From: a virus
Virus record (IMG/VR): IMGVR_UViG_3300027741_000020
Reading direction: 5' to 3' (one strand)
DNA length: 64,000 nucleotides
Of the stretch, positions 47,022-57,344 are shown piece after piece. The translations under genes and the position numbers were made by a program. Position 1 is the first letter of the stretch; the number at the start of each line of letters is the position of its first letter. The notes below the pieces were generated by a model. That model searched no databases. It was given only the letters and a program-made list of their open reading frames with translations, and was not told the DNA's origin.

Positions 47022-47450
47022 ATGGGAAGTGTAATAGATTATATAGATTGCCCGAATTGCGGCCATGAAGCACATAGTGATTTTTATTATAAAACGGGTG
47101 AGGAATATGTAATGTGTAATAATTGTGGTTATCGCCGTAGTGCTCAATTAAGACGTGATGGAGATGGTGAATTGGTTACAAAAGATGGTACTGACCGATA
47201 TGACCTTGATAATGTAATTATGGATTATAGTGAGACACCAAACCCGTATTGTGCTTATAGATTAAAAATGATAGGAGAAATAGGAACTACTTGCGGAAGT
47301 TGTGAAAATGAAGAAGGACTGGATTCAGTAAAAGAAGCAGTTGAGAAAATGACCGGAGTTGAATTTTTCTCATTCAGTAGAAAAGTAGATGAAGGTGTAA
47401 GAGAAACAATATTAATTAACAAATTAAACAACGAAGATGTCCCCGTTTAA
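47022..47450 (+). CDS. Zn-ribbon hypothetical protein
   Basis: CPNCG..CNNCGY. Confidence 0.7.
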   Translation: MGSVIDYIDCPNCGHEAHSDFYYKTGEEYVMCNNCGYRRSAQLRRDGDGELVTKDGTDRYDLDNVIMDYSETPNPYCAYRLKMIGEIGTTCGSCENEEGLDSVKEAVEKMTGVEFFSFSRKVDEGVRETILINKLNNEDVPV

Positions 47451-47521
47451 AGGGCATATATTTTATCGGACAATATTATAAAATTATAAACGTAAAAAAA
47501 CGTGAATACATCAATCCGCAT

Positions 47522-48130
47522 ATGTTTAATGACGGGATGAAGTTAATGGAATTTGGTATGAGTGCCGGCGGTACACTAACCGCATTGGCTGTACTATTGG
47601 CAGATGGTAATGGTCGTGGTGGTGGCGACCTCAATTCCGAAAATTCTATTATAGGAAGTTGGGCAGGCGACCCGATTGTAGTAGCAGGCGACTATGCAGA
47701 TACTGGTAAATTCCTACCGGCTGATAAGCAAGATACAAACTTATATATCGTTGCTGATAATGAAGGTAAAGATATTTCGCATTTGGTATTGGATGCCCTT
47801 ATGGAAGACCGTTGGTTCCGTGAGGACTTCATTAAGAATTGGGGACATGCTAATATCCACGATGATTACTATGGTGAGCAAACCAAAATTGTAGAAAAAT
47901 GGAAAAGAATAGATGGTATTGAAGCTACCAATCCACATTTAACAACACCAGTACCAACAGCAAATCATCATTCGGTAAAAGGTAGTACGGGCAATACATA
48001 CGATATTGTGGAATTAAACGATGGTACGGATATTTGGACTTGTACTTGTCCGGCTTATACATATCACAAAGTTCCGGGTACCGATTGTAAGCACATTAAA
48101 GAGGTCAAAACTAAATTAGCAACTATATGA
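47522..48130 (+). CDS. hypothetical protein with C-terminal SWIM finger
   Basis: WTCTCP..DCKHI; frame open upstream to ATC at 47465 (IGQYYK...). Confidence 0.75.
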   Translation: MFNDGMKLMEFGMSAGGTLTALAVLLADGNGRGGGDLNSENSIIGSWAGDPIVVAGDYADTGKFLPADKQDTNLYIVADNEGKDISHLVLDALMEDRWFREDFIKNWGHANIHDDYYGEQTKIVEKWKRIDGIEATNPHLTTPVPTANHHSVKGSTGNTYDIVELNDGTDIWTCTCPAYTYHKVPGTDCKHIKEVKTKLATI

Positions 48131-48284
48131 TGAAAACCTACTACGATATAACAATTACAACCAATTCGGATGAAATGATTAAAATAAAAGGAATTGGTAA
48201 TACATCGCTAAACGGCATTACTTATAATGAATGTATAAAATCAATAGTTATTGATAGGCAATACGAAAAAAAGACCAGATAGAA

Positions 48285-48316
48285 TTTGGTAAAACGAAAT
48301 AATTTTATTATATTTG
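48285..48316 (+). promoter_or_regulatory. Bacteroidota-type promoter
   Basis: TTTG-N20-TATATTTG; ATG 4 nt downstream. Confidence 0.8.
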
Positions 48317-48320
48317 ATAT

Positions 48321-49265
48321 ATGGCAATAAGAAATGAAAATCATTATAGAGCAATAAGTAAGTTACTACCTTTACGAGAAGATATAAATGTAAAAGACCA
48401 GTTTGGATTTTTACCTCTATCAATAATCAAACCAACTAAGCAAAGTAAAGAAAAATGGAATGAGGCATACTTTGATGATGGTGAAGTTGATATTAGGCAG
48501 GTAAATGGTGGTTATATTAAATCTAAAGGAGGAGGACCACAAAAAATGTCAGAGTTCCACGCCGGTGTGGCTGAGAACATAGTACGATATTGGTCTTTAC
48601 CTGGCGCTAAGGTAGTTGACCCGTTTGCAGGACGTGCGACTAGAGCAGTTGTAACAACCAGATTAGGACGTGAATATCACGGATATGAAATAACTCCTAA
48701 TACACATAAAAGGGCATTAGAGCACTTTAATAAGTTGGGCATATCGCCTAATCTTTATTTAGATGATGGAACTAAACTGAGTCATACGGCTGATGATTTT
48801 TCTGATTTGATATTAACTTGTCCACCTTACTACAACATTGAAAAATATGAAAGTGTAGATGGGCAGTTGAGTGATAGCAAAACGTATGGTGAATTTATGG
48901 AGATGGTTGATGTATGTGCTGAGAATTGTTATAGAGTAGCTAGACCTGGTTCATTTTGTGTATGGGTTGTTGCTGATTTTAGAGATAAAGAACTGAATAC
49001 TGAACGTGGAAACCTAATGGATTTTCACGGAGATGTAACTCAATCATTTAAAAAAGCAGGTTGGCTATACCACGACATTATCATTATGGAAAATATATCA
49101 CCATTTGCAGCACTAACATCATACCAGTCCGCATGTAAACGATATGCACCTAAAACGCATGAATACATTTTGGTATTTCGTAAGCCCGGTGATTATATTG
49201 TACCCGATTATTGTAGTGAAAATATAATAGAAAAGGAAACGAAACTTAAACAATTTTTTGAATAA
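48321..49265 (+). CDS. amino-DNA methyltransferase (N4C/N6A)
   Basis: VVDPFAG (motif I), TCPPY (motif IV), HEYILVF. Confidence 0.85.
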   Translation: MAIRNENHYRAISKLLPLREDINVKDQFGFLPLSIIKPTKQSKEKWNEAYFDDGEVDIRQVNGGYIKSKGGGPQKMSEFHAGVAENIVRYWSLPGAKVVDPFAGRATRAVVTTRLGREYHGYEITPNTHKRALEHFNKLGISPNLYLDDGTKLSHTADDFSDLILTCPPYYNIEKYESVDGQLSDSKTYGEFMEMVDVCAENCYRVARPGSFCVWVVADFRDKELNTERGNLMDFHGDVTQSFKKAGWLYHDIIIMENISPFAALTSYQSACKRYAPKTHEYILVFRKPGDYIVPDYCSENIIEKETKLKQFFE

Positions 49266-49281
49266 ACTTAAACTTTAAAAC

Positions 49282-49536
49282 ATGGGTAAGATGAAAGAGC
49301 TCTACATTGAGCAAATAAACGCAGGTATGTACGAACATTGTGATACTAATAACGAACAAGAATACGAGGAGCAATATGTTCAAGAATTGTTTGATTCATT
49401 ACGGCTAAAATATTCCGATAGTGATGTACAATCTATATTAGATCGTGTATTAGGCGAGGATATGCATCGGTTTACAAATGAAATAATGATAGAATTAAAT
49501 AATCTAAATAATTTAAGAAATGGATATACTGACTGA
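49282..49536 (+). CDS. hypothetical protein
   Basis: MGKMKELY start motif. Confidence 0.65.
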   Translation: MGKMKELYIEQINAGMYEHCDTNNEQEYEEQYVQELFDSLRLKYSDSDVQSILDRVLGEDMHRFTNEIMIELNNLNNLRNGYTD

Positions 49537-49849
49537 AATAATTGAGGTATCAGAACAGATGATTGGTATCCTATTAGAAGAAGGTTTCTTTGATGATTCT
49601 ATTTTTTTAAATCCTGAAAATTTACAATATGAATTACAAATTGCTATGCAAAGAAAATGGGAGCAACAAAATAAAATAGTATTAACCGATACTGAATTTA
49701 TAGAAGTATGTAATAAGGTATCTAATGAAATGATTGGCGAAACTCTTAGTGGGCTTGTAGAGAAAGGAGCAGTTAATATGGCAGTTACGGATAAGGGCGA
49801 GCTAGCTTATAAAGCAAACCCAAATTTTGACATTAATAATCTAAAATAA
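49520..49849 (+). CDS. hypothetical protein
   Basis: Coupled ORF. Confidence 0.7.
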   Translation: MDILTEIIEVSEQMIGILLEEGFFDDSIFLNPENLQYELQIAMQRKWEQQNKIVLTDTEFIEVCNKVSNEMIGETLSGLVEKGAVNMAVTDKGELAYKANPNFDINNLK

Positions 49850-49853
49850 AAAT

Positions 49854-50315
49854 ATGAATAATAAAATGAATGAGCCTACAAAATTTATTGGCGAAATGTA
49901 TGGTACAAAAGTATCTGTTGAGTATAACCATTCTGACGTATCAATTGATAAAGTTATGGATGCGTTTCAAACCCTATTGACCGGATTAGGGTATCACCCC
50001 GATGGATTTAAGGATTGGGTAATTGATAGGGCAGACGAGTATAAAGAGGAAGATAATGAGAGTGAAGATTTTAGTGATTGGGATACTACATTGGAAGATG
50101 GACTTGAAGATGAGTTAGCGGATACTATGAATGGTGACCCAATTATCGTCACGATAATTGATGTTCTAAAAGAAATGGAGGTCGATGGCGAATTGATGCA
50201 ATACATACTTGAGAAAGTGGGAATGGACGAGCAGATGGCTATTCAACTAGCTACAACGTATCCTGATATGGTTGAGGAACACCTTGCCGAACTTAAAGAG
50301 GAAAGTTATGAATAA
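49854..50315 (+). CDS. acidic hypothetical protein
   Basis: Co-oriented ORF. Confidence 0.7.
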   Translation: MNNKMNEPTKFIGEMYGTKVSVEYNHSDVSIDKVMDAFQTLLTGLGYHPDGFKDWVIDRADEYKEEDNESEDFSDWDTTLEDGLEDELADTMNGDPIIVTIIDVLKEMEVDGELMQYILEKVGMDEQMAIQLATTYPDMVEEHLAELKEESYE

Positions 50316-50426
50316 TCCAATGCAAGGAGATCCTTTAGAAGATGTAGGTAAAATAATTATAGCTAGCCTTGCTATAATAGCAATATTGGTAGTAATAATC
50401 ATAGTCAAAGTAATCAGTAATTTAAT

Positions 50427-51725
50427 ATGAACACCTTAGATAAACAATACACAGACCTACTCCAAGACATTTTAGACAATGGGGTAACTAAACAAACTCG
50501 TAATGGAGGTACTATATCAGTATTTGGACGACAAATCCGTCACAAAATGTCAGAAGGATTTCCGTTGATTACTACCAAAAAAATGGCGTTTAAAACTATG
50601 GTAACCGAGCTACTATGGTTCTTACGTGGAGATACCAATATCAAGTTCCTTGTTGATAATAATTGTCATATCTGGGATGGCGATTGCTATCAAGCATACG
50701 TGAAAAAACACAAACACGCTATTAGAACTGAAGGTAATAGAAGTGAGATTGCTATAGAGTCGTTAGAAAAACAACTAATATACACACAAGAAGAATTCAT
50801 CAACAAAATCAAAACAGATGATGAGTTTGCTAAGAAGTGGGGGTCACTCGGAAAAATTTATGGACATCAATGGAGAGGATGGAAAACTTATAGAAAATTA
50901 CCAAAAGATGAGTATACTACAGATTACCGAGAAAGTGAACCAATAGACCAAATCGCAAACCTAATCAACGACCTTAAAACAAATCCAGATTCTAGGCGTA
51001 TGGTTGTAAGTGCGTGGGCTGTACACGATTTACCAAATATGGTGCTTCCACCTTGTCACTATGGATTTCAAGTTTATACAAGAGAGTTGAGTTTAAATGA
51101 AAGAGGTGAAGTTTTTAAAAAAACATATCCTGATAAATCTGTATCTGATTTTAGACCAGGTGGAATGGAAGTTCAATCTATTAGACACCAATTAACTACG
51201 AGATATAATAACGCTAAAATTCCAACCAGAGCAATCTCTCTAATGTGGAATCAACGCAGCGTAGATACGTTCTTGGGTTTACCCTTTAATATTGCTTCTT
51301 ATGGTTTACTACTTGAAATCATAGCCAAAGAAGTTAATATGGTTCCAGACGAGCTAATAGGAAATTTAGGTGATGTACATCTTTATTCAAACCACATTGA
51401 ACAAGCTAAGGAGCAGATAGGTAGAGAAATGACTTTAGACGAACGAATTGATTTAGCATCGGCCGATATTCATTTTGACCCTTTTGAGTTTGGGATTGGT
51501 TTAATTGTAACCGCTGAGCATTCGCATAAGATATGTGATGGATATGGAATACCTAGAAGAACTAGAGAACCTTTTCCATTACCAACACTAAAACATATGA
51601 AAACTGAGGCGTTTTATAAATCGTTATCTGAAGAACAATCGTTATACGGTCACCTAGACCCAAAGGATTTTCAGATAGAAAACTATCAATCACACCCAGC
51701 AATTAAAGCCAAACTTTCCAATTAA
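50427..51725 (+). CDS. thyA: thymidylate synthase
   Basis: ELLWFLRG, IYGHQW, SRR, LPPCH, QRSVD..LGLPFNIASY, GDVHLYSNH. Confidence 0.96.
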   Translation: MNTLDKQYTDLLQDILDNGVTKQTRNGGTISVFGRQIRHKMSEGFPLITTKKMAFKTMVTELLWFLRGDTNIKFLVDNNCHIWDGDCYQAYVKKHKHAIRTEGNRSEIAIESLEKQLIYTQEEFINKIKTDDEFAKKWGSLGKIYGHQWRGWKTYRKLPKDEYTTDYRESEPIDQIANLINDLKTNPDSRRMVVSAWAVHDLPNMVLPPCHYGFQVYTRELSLNERGEVFKKTYPDKSVSDFRPGGMEVQSIRHQLTTRYNNAKIPTRAISLMWNQRSVDTFLGLPFNIASYGLLLEIIAKEVNMVPDELIGNLGDVHLYSNHIEQAKEQIGREMTLDERIDLASADIHFDPFEFGIGLIVTAEHSHKICDGYGIPRRTREPFPLPTLKHMKTEAFYKSLSEEQSLYGHLDPKDFQIENYQSHPAIKAKLSN

Positions 51726-51744
51726 ATTAATAAAACAAAACAAA

Positions 51745-52017
51745 ATGAAAAAATACATTAATGGATTTCTAAGATTAGGAACGGCAGCAGCACTCCTATT
51801 TGTAATTTATAGTAAGGATACTCAAATTAAGAAATTGAGTGCTACTAACAAAGTAAATATTGAACTTATAGAAAATAAGTGTGATTCATTGAAGGACGAA
51901 ATTTTTGCAAGGGATGTAGAAGTCGGAAGATATGAATTAACTCTGGACCATTTGAAAGAAGTGAATCCAAAAGCGGGAACAGAATTTGAAAATTACATGT
52001 CACACGAAACTGAATAA
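51745..52017 (+). CDS. TM-anchored hypothetical protein
   Basis: N-terminal hydrophobic segment. Confidence 0.65.
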   Translation: MKKYINGFLRLGTAAALLFVIYSKDTQIKKLSATNKVNIELIENKCDSLKDEIFARDVEVGRYELTLDHLKEVNPKAGTEFENYMSHETE

Positions 52018-52196
52018 TGGGATACCATCATTGTCACATGCCTGATTTGGAAACCTTAAAGAAGCAATATGATTCTTTGGGACTCGAAGGATTTGTAGCA
52101 CGCTATAAAAAGTGCCAATCTTTAATTGGCGATATTGAATGCATACGATACATTGAGTATATGTTTAAAATACTGAAAGAAATAAATAGCAAATAG
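52017..52196 (+). CDS. hypothetical protein (59 aa)
   Basis: Hand-translated; TAATG overlap. Confidence 0.55.
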   Translation: MGYHHCHMPDLETLKKQYDSLGLEGFVARYKKCQSLIGDIECIRYIEYMFKILKEINSK

Positions 52197-52269
52197 ATAT
52201 TTATATTAAAGTTATTTATTGTTCACGCACTTTATATCATATATTTTATTGAAAAATACGCGTAAATAA

Positions 52270-52638
52270 ATGGAGCAACAACCTATTATATTACATATAG
52301 ATTTGGGTAATCAGTCTTTGACAAATTGGATACGAGATAACAAATATATAATTTATTCGGAATTAATACGGTTTACCGAAAAGTTATATACTGATAGTTT
52401 GGATATTATTCAGGCCATAATGGTTTCAAATTTGGCTGATAATATAGTGTTCGTAGTTAAGCGTGATGGTACTGATATTACTATTCAAAAAGCAATGGAT
52501 TATTTTTTATCCATCGAAGATTACGAAAAATGTGCTAAAATTCGTGACTTACAAATACTTATTGAAAAAAGTAATAATGAAACAAACGATACTAAAGATA
52601 GTAAACGAAATGAAGGAAACACTAAAAAGCGTAGATAG
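52270..52638 (+). CDS. UVR-motif-containing protein
   Basis: AMDYF..EDYEKCAKIRD. Confidence 0.65.
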   Translation: MEQQPIILHIDLGNQSLTNWIRDNKYIIYSELIRFTEKLYTDSLDIIQAIMVSNLADNIVFVVKRDGTDITIQKAMDYFLSIEDYEKCAKIRDLQILIEKSNNETNDTKDSKRNEGNTKKRR

Positions 52639-52753
52639 TGCATTTTCAACTTCTGTAATTGATGAACTGTATGAATCATTAAATCAAATTGAAGATGAAA
52701 TATATACAGATGATATGAATGACGCGTTTTCTGACGAGGATGAAGACTATTAA
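52577..52753 (+). CDS. small acidic protein
   Basis: ATG 52577 within track ORF 52463. Confidence 0.5.
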   Translation: MKQTILKIVNEMKETLKSVDSAFSTSVIDELYESLNQIEDEIYTDDMNDAFSDEDEDY

Positions 52754-52766
52754 AAAAAAATAAAAT

Positions 52767-53492
52767 ATGAAACATTGTGGTCCTTTTATAATGGATGAGG
52801 CTTCATTGACAAGAGCTTACCAACACGTCGTAGATAAGAAATCGCCTTCGTGGGGAATGCTGACCGCACATAGGTCAGCTAATAGTAAACAACAAAACAA
52901 AAAGCTAAATAAAGAATTGGAATCCGACCTACGTGGTATGGGTTATGGTTTTTTCAAAGTTGAGGGTCATTGGCGTGAATGTCAAAACAAAAAAGTTGAT
53001 TACAAAAATTGTCCAGAAGACCAATTGGTTGATGCGACTGAAGAAAGCTTTTTCGTCCCAAACATTAAGAAGGACCAAGTAGAGGGTTTAAGAAAAAAAT
53101 ACGATCAGGATTCGGTTATCTATGGTGATAAAGATAATGATGCACATTTAATGTACCGAGATGGTAGTACCGAAAATATTGGTAAATTTAATGTAAACAA
53201 AATCAATCAGGCATATTCTAGAATGAAGGGCAATCGCACTTTTATTTTTGCTAAACCTGGAGATAAGATTATTGATTTACCAAAAGAAGAGCCGAAAAAA
53301 AATATATTCGGTAAGGTTATTGATACCAAAGCAGATATAAATAAATTGACATCCCTATTACCAAAGAATGTATTAAATAAAACTGTAAAAAATCCCAAAA
53401 CAGGTAATACAATCAAAGTGAAATCTGCTTTGAGTTATGATAAAAAATCGCCAGTATTTCAGGCGGCAAAGCAATTAATCACAAAAAAATAA
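52767..53492 (+). CDS. DUF3293-like protein
   Basis: GMLTAHR..N..LN.EL..L..MGY..VEG.W.E..EESFFV..QDSV. Confidence 0.6.
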   Translation: MKHCGPFIMDEASLTRAYQHVVDKKSPSWGMLTAHRSANSKQQNKKLNKELESDLRGMGYGFFKVEGHWRECQNKKVDYKNCPEDQLVDATEESFFVPNIKKDQVEGLRKKYDQDSVIYGDKDNDAHLMYRDGSTENIGKFNVNKINQAYSRMKGNRTFIFAKPGDKIIDLPKEEPKKNIFGKVIDTKADINKLTSLLPKNVLNKTVKNPKTGNTIKVKSALSYDKKSPVFQAAKQLITKK

Positions 53493-53502
53493 GTTACAAA
53501 CT

Positions 53503-53844
53503 ATGAATAAGTTACTGATAGGATTGCTATACGCAATTATAGCACACGTGCTTACCTTCTTACAATTGCAGGGAAATATAAAGTATGGATGGTTTCAAAA
53601 GTACCCAGTAATTGTATTAGTGTGTTCGATACCAATATCATATTTATTTATTAAGTCTGTAGAAAATTTTGTGTTAGGATTTAATGGCGAGATTTGGGCC
53701 CCACGTCTAGTAGGATTTGGTGTAGGTACGATAGTATTTACAATAATGAGCTGGGGACTATTCAAAGAGCCTTTCACAATTAAGACAGGAGTGTCTACAA
53801 TATTGGCACTAACAATATTATTAATTCAAATATACTGGAAATGA
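53503..53844 (+). CDS. 4-TM small membrane protein (SMR/DMT-like size)
   Basis: 113 aa, four hydrophobic segments. Confidence 0.6.
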   Translation: MNKLLIGLLYAIIAHVLTFLQLQGNIKYGWFQKYPVIVLVCSIPISYLFIKSVENFVLGFNGEIWAPRLVGFGVGTIVFTIMSWGLFKEPFTIKTGVSTILALTILLIQIYWK

Positions 53845-54083
53845 TAAAAAATGAATTTGTAAGGTTTAATGATAACCTTTATTTAGTAAAGCAAAAGTAT
53901 CGTGAAAATACTATAAGGATTGACAAGGTACAGTACCTAAGAGAAGTATTAAAATGTGATATTGTACTTAAGCAAAATAATTACTTATTTTATTGTGAGC
54001 AGATACCCGAAGCAGAAGTTATTACTACCGATGATAGTATAACTGATATAGTAAATGATGTACAATTGACTGGCAACGAATAA
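53841..54083 (+). CDS. hypothetical protein
   Basis: Coupled ORF. Confidence 0.7.
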   Translation: MIKNEFVRFNDNLYLVKQKYRENTIRIDKVQYLREVLKCDIVLKQNNYLFYCEQIPEAEVITTDDSITDIVNDVQLTGNE

Positions 54084-54104
54084 ATAAATTTTATATTTAT
54101 AACT

Positions 54105-55232
54105 ATGATAAAACTAAAACATTTAATAAGAGAAATTAATTTAATGAGTGGCGATGCCGGATATAGAAATAGTCTAGAAGATTTTTTCGGTAATATAATT
54201 AATGATTTTAAAATATTGCCAACAAAATATAAAATAGTCTATGATTGGCTATTGATAAACCGTGGTTTACCAATTGATTCAATTGAAATGGGTGCTGACA
54301 CAGAAAACAAAGTAAACAAATTGATTATAGTTAATAACGAGTTCAAATCTATCATTGATTCAAAAACAAAGCTTGTGGCAAGTAGTGGTGGGTATCAACT
54401 TCGTATGCAAAAATATGCAAATCAAATTGTATTTCATCTGGTTGATACGAAAGCAAAATACATATACGAATATTTTGTAGGGATTATCAAAACTGAATTT
54501 GGTAATCATAATTATCGTTTTGATTCAAGAAAAGCATTCAACTTAAAATGTTATCAAATACATTGGTCGAATGTGGCAGAGGAAAAAATGGGACAGGGAT
54601 TGGGTAAGCTAATGTACACAATGGTTTATGAATATGTAAACGGATTAGGCGCAGCACTTGTTAGTGATCGTATGTTATTTCAGGGCTCACAAAAAATGTG
54701 GTTTGATTACATACCAACAATAGCAAAATTCTTTGGAGTGGTTCTTGAAGATATATTTTTTCCAATTGATAAGAGTGAAATTAATCGTGATGTAATGAGA
54801 TCAACAGTTGATACGGTAGTAGCAATGGAAAATCCACCAAAAGAAATTCGCAAGTTGGCATATAATGTTCAGGGATTATCTTTCAAAAAAGGCCAATATG
54901 GAATGATGCCAATCAGAGCCGGTATCAATGATAAAATAGCATTAAAGGCTGGTGAAGCTAGTAGGACATTTGATTATGATAGTAAGGCAGAAAAATGGAT
55001 AGCAAAACCAAATAAGAATTTTCAATACACAATGTTTAGTAATTTGGTAGATGAGTCGCCTACAATTATTATGCTACTTAAAAAAATGGAAGGATTGGAT
55101 ATGTGTGATAGGTATGATTTGACAAGCCGTACAGCAGAACCATCCGACTTAAAAGCTTGCGTATTTTCTTTTACAAACGCAAATGTTATTGTAAAGGAAA
55201 CGGGTGGCAGATTAGTAATGGTAGCAATATAA
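54105..55232 (+). CDS. protein with GNAT-like motif A
   Basis: SNVAEEKMGQGLGKLMY..LVSD..QGSQKMW; N-terminal IKLKHLIRE. Confidence 0.55.
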   Translation: MIKLKHLIREINLMSGDAGYRNSLEDFFGNIINDFKILPTKYKIVYDWLLINRGLPIDSIEMGADTENKVNKLIIVNNEFKSIIDSKTKLVASSGGYQLRMQKYANQIVFHLVDTKAKYIYEYFVGIIKTEFGNHNYRFDSRKAFNLKCYQIHWSNVAEEKMGQGLGKLMYTMVYEYVNGLGAALVSDRMLFQGSQKMWFDYIPTIAKFFGVVLEDIFFPIDKSEINRDVMRSTVDTVVAMENPPKEIRKLAYNVQGLSFKKGQYGMMPIRAGINDKIALKAGEASRTFDYDSKAEKWIAKPNKNFQYTMFSNLVDESPTIIMLLKKMEGLDMCDRYDLTSRTAEPSDLKACVFSFTNANVIVKETGGRLVMVAI

Positions 55233-55265
55233 AGATAATACATTACAATACATAATTAAAATGTA

Positions 55266-55297
55266 TTTGGTAAAATAAAAAAGTTTTCGTATATTTG
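55266..55297 (+). promoter_or_regulatory. Bacteroidota-type promoter
   Basis: TTTG-N20-TATATTTG. Confidence 0.8.
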
Positions 55298-55320
55298 ATA
55301 TACAAAAGTATAAATAAGTT

Positions 55321-55635
55321 ATGAAATACACATATGATATATGGCAATTTACTTGGGATAAATATGAACGTGCATTTTACGCAGATGCATGGGACTTAAT
55401 TGCTTTATTGAACGACGGTAATGCTTGCGCGGAAACATTCCCTAGTATGCGAGGTGAATTTTACATTAAGAATTATAATACGGGAAACGAAAGACGTTTT
55501 AGATTTGTTAAAGAAATTAAAAAAATACATCAAGACACGCATGTAGATATAATTTGGCAATTCAGAAGTGAAGATAATATATTATGTTATGTGCAAATAA
55601 TTACAGATTTAGAATTAGATAAAATAAGATTATAA
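55321..55635 (+). CDS. hypothetical protein
   Basis: Follows promoter. Confidence 0.7.
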   Translation: MKYTYDIWQFTWDKYERAFYADAWDLIALLNDGNACAETFPSMRGEFYIKNYNTGNERRFRFVKEIKKIHQDTHVDIIWQFRSEDNILCYVQIITDLELDKIRL

Positions 55636-55638
55636 GTT

Positions 55639-55965
55639 ATGAGCAAATCAAGTTACAAAGAATTTAACTTAGACCAAAATTCAGGTCAACATTCAATTTC
55701 AATAAAGACAAGTACAATAGTAAAACTTAACGAAAATTTTACTGTATATACTATGGAAGGTCCGGTGGACTTCAATACACAAATAACTTGCGATTTTGCA
55801 GATATACCCGATAAGTATCACGAGACTTGCATAAATGTATTAACATCGAAATATACAAATAAAGTATCGTTTGGACGTAATCCATTTTCAGAATGTAAAC
55901 CACTTGTAAAAAGAAAATGGTATCAATTCTGGAAATCAAAATACTTTGAAGCAAATTTAAAATAA
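55639..55965 (+). CDS. hypothetical protein
   Basis: Ends KRKWYQFWK. Confidence 0.7.
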   Translation: MSKSSYKEFNLDQNSGQHSISIKTSTIVKLNENFTVYTMEGPVDFNTQITCDFADIPDKYHETCINVLTSKYTNKVSFGRNPFSECKPLVKRKWYQFWKSKYFEANLK

Positions 55966-55977
55966 AATTAAAATAAT

Positions 55978-57021
55978 ATGAGACAAGCACTGACATATGA
56001 TGATATACAACTAGTACCTTCGTTTTCGGATGTAATCAGTCGTAAAGATATTTCATTAATTACGAATGTTACACGCAATTACAAATTACAAATGCCAATT
56101 ATTGCGTCACCAATGAATACGGTATGTGATCACAAAATGGCACTAGCATTGGCTGAACTTGGTGGTGTTGGATGTATTCATAGATTCATGTCTATTGCTG
56201 AACAATCAATTGAAGTGGCAAAACTTATAATTGAAATTAATCATAGAAACATACACAAGCTTTGGTTGGATTGCGAAATAGTAAACATACCTATTATGGC
56301 GGCAGTTGGTGCCACCGGCGATTATATTGAAAGGGCTACTTCTTTAATAAAAGCAGGAGCAAATATTATTCTTATTGATGTGGCACATGGACACCACGAA
56401 AATGTAAAGATAGCTATCCAAAATATAAAAGCAATAAATTCGGAAGTGGATGTAATCGCAGGAAACATAGCAACCGCAGAAGCCGCAGAAGATTTATGTG
56501 CATGGGGAGCAGATGCACTACGTGTTGGAATAGGCGGTGGTAGTTTATGTACTACAAGAATTAAGACAGGGTTTGGCGTACCAAATGTAACTTGCTTACA
56601 AGATATTATTGCCGTATCAAAAGTACCCGTTATTGCCGATGGTGGCATAAGGACATCTGGTGATATATCAAAGGCACTAGGATTGGGAGCAAATACCGTT
56701 ATGTTGGGCTCATTAATAGCAGCGACCGAAGAGGCGCCTGGTAGTTTAATTAATAAGGGCGACGTATTATATAAAAGATATAGAGGTTCTGCATCGTTAG
56801 AAACTAAAGTGCTACACGGGCAAGAAGCAAGGAATGTTGAAGGTGAAAGTACAGTGATATTATACAAAGGCGCCGTAAGATATATTGTAAACGATTTATT
56901 GGACGGAGTTCGATCGGCACTATCGTATGGCGGAGCAAGTAATTTGGAAAATTTCTACCCGAAAATCGTACAAGTAACAAATTCAGGTATCAATGAAGCA
57001 AGGCCGCATCTAATAAAATAA
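55978..57021 (+). CDS. IMP dehydrogenase / GMP reductase (no CBS domains)
   Basis: LTYDD.L.P, SPMNTV, IDVAHGH, GIGGGSLCTTR, ADGGI, VMLGS, YRGSAS. Confidence 0.92.
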   Translation: MRQALTYDDIQLVPSFSDVISRKDISLITNVTRNYKLQMPIIASPMNTVCDHKMALALAELGGVGCIHRFMSIAEQSIEVAKLIIEINHRNIHKLWLDCEIVNIPIMAAVGATGDYIERATSLIKAGANIILIDVAHGHHENVKIAIQNIKAINSEVDVIAGNIATAEAAEDLCAWGADALRVGIGGGSLCTTRIKTGFGVPNVTCLQDIIAVSKVPVIADGGIRTSGDISKALGLGANTVMLGSLIAATEEAPGSLINKGDVLYKRYRGSASLETKVLHGQEARNVEGESTVILYKGAVRYIVNDLLDGVRSALSYGGASNLENFYPKIVQVTNSGINEARPHLIK

Positions 57022-57344
57022 TGCGTAAAACAAAAGCACAATACAAACAAATAGTAAAGGAATGGCGTGAAGCCAACCCTAAAGAAATTTGGGAAGCAAT
57101 TCGTGATAATTTTATATTTGGATTTGTAGCAGCTACCTTAGTCGTATTCATAGCAACTAAAACAGATATAGCAGTATTGATTGGTTATATGACTTATTAT
57201 TTATTATTGGGCAAAGTTGTGAATAGACCAAAGTATGTAACTGAATTAGGTAAAAAGATAATGTTTCCAGTACCGTCTACATTAGGAGCATTTACAGGTT
57301 ATAAGCTAAGTTATCTATTACTACAATACATAACTAATTTATAA
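57021..57344 (+). CDS. membrane protein
   Basis: Three hydrophobic segments. Confidence 0.7.
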   Translation: MRKTKAQYKQIVKEWREANPKEIWEAIRDNFIFGFVAATLVVFIATKTDIAVLIGYMTYYLLLGKVVNRPKYVTELGKKIMFPVPSTLGAFTGYKLSYLLLQYITNL

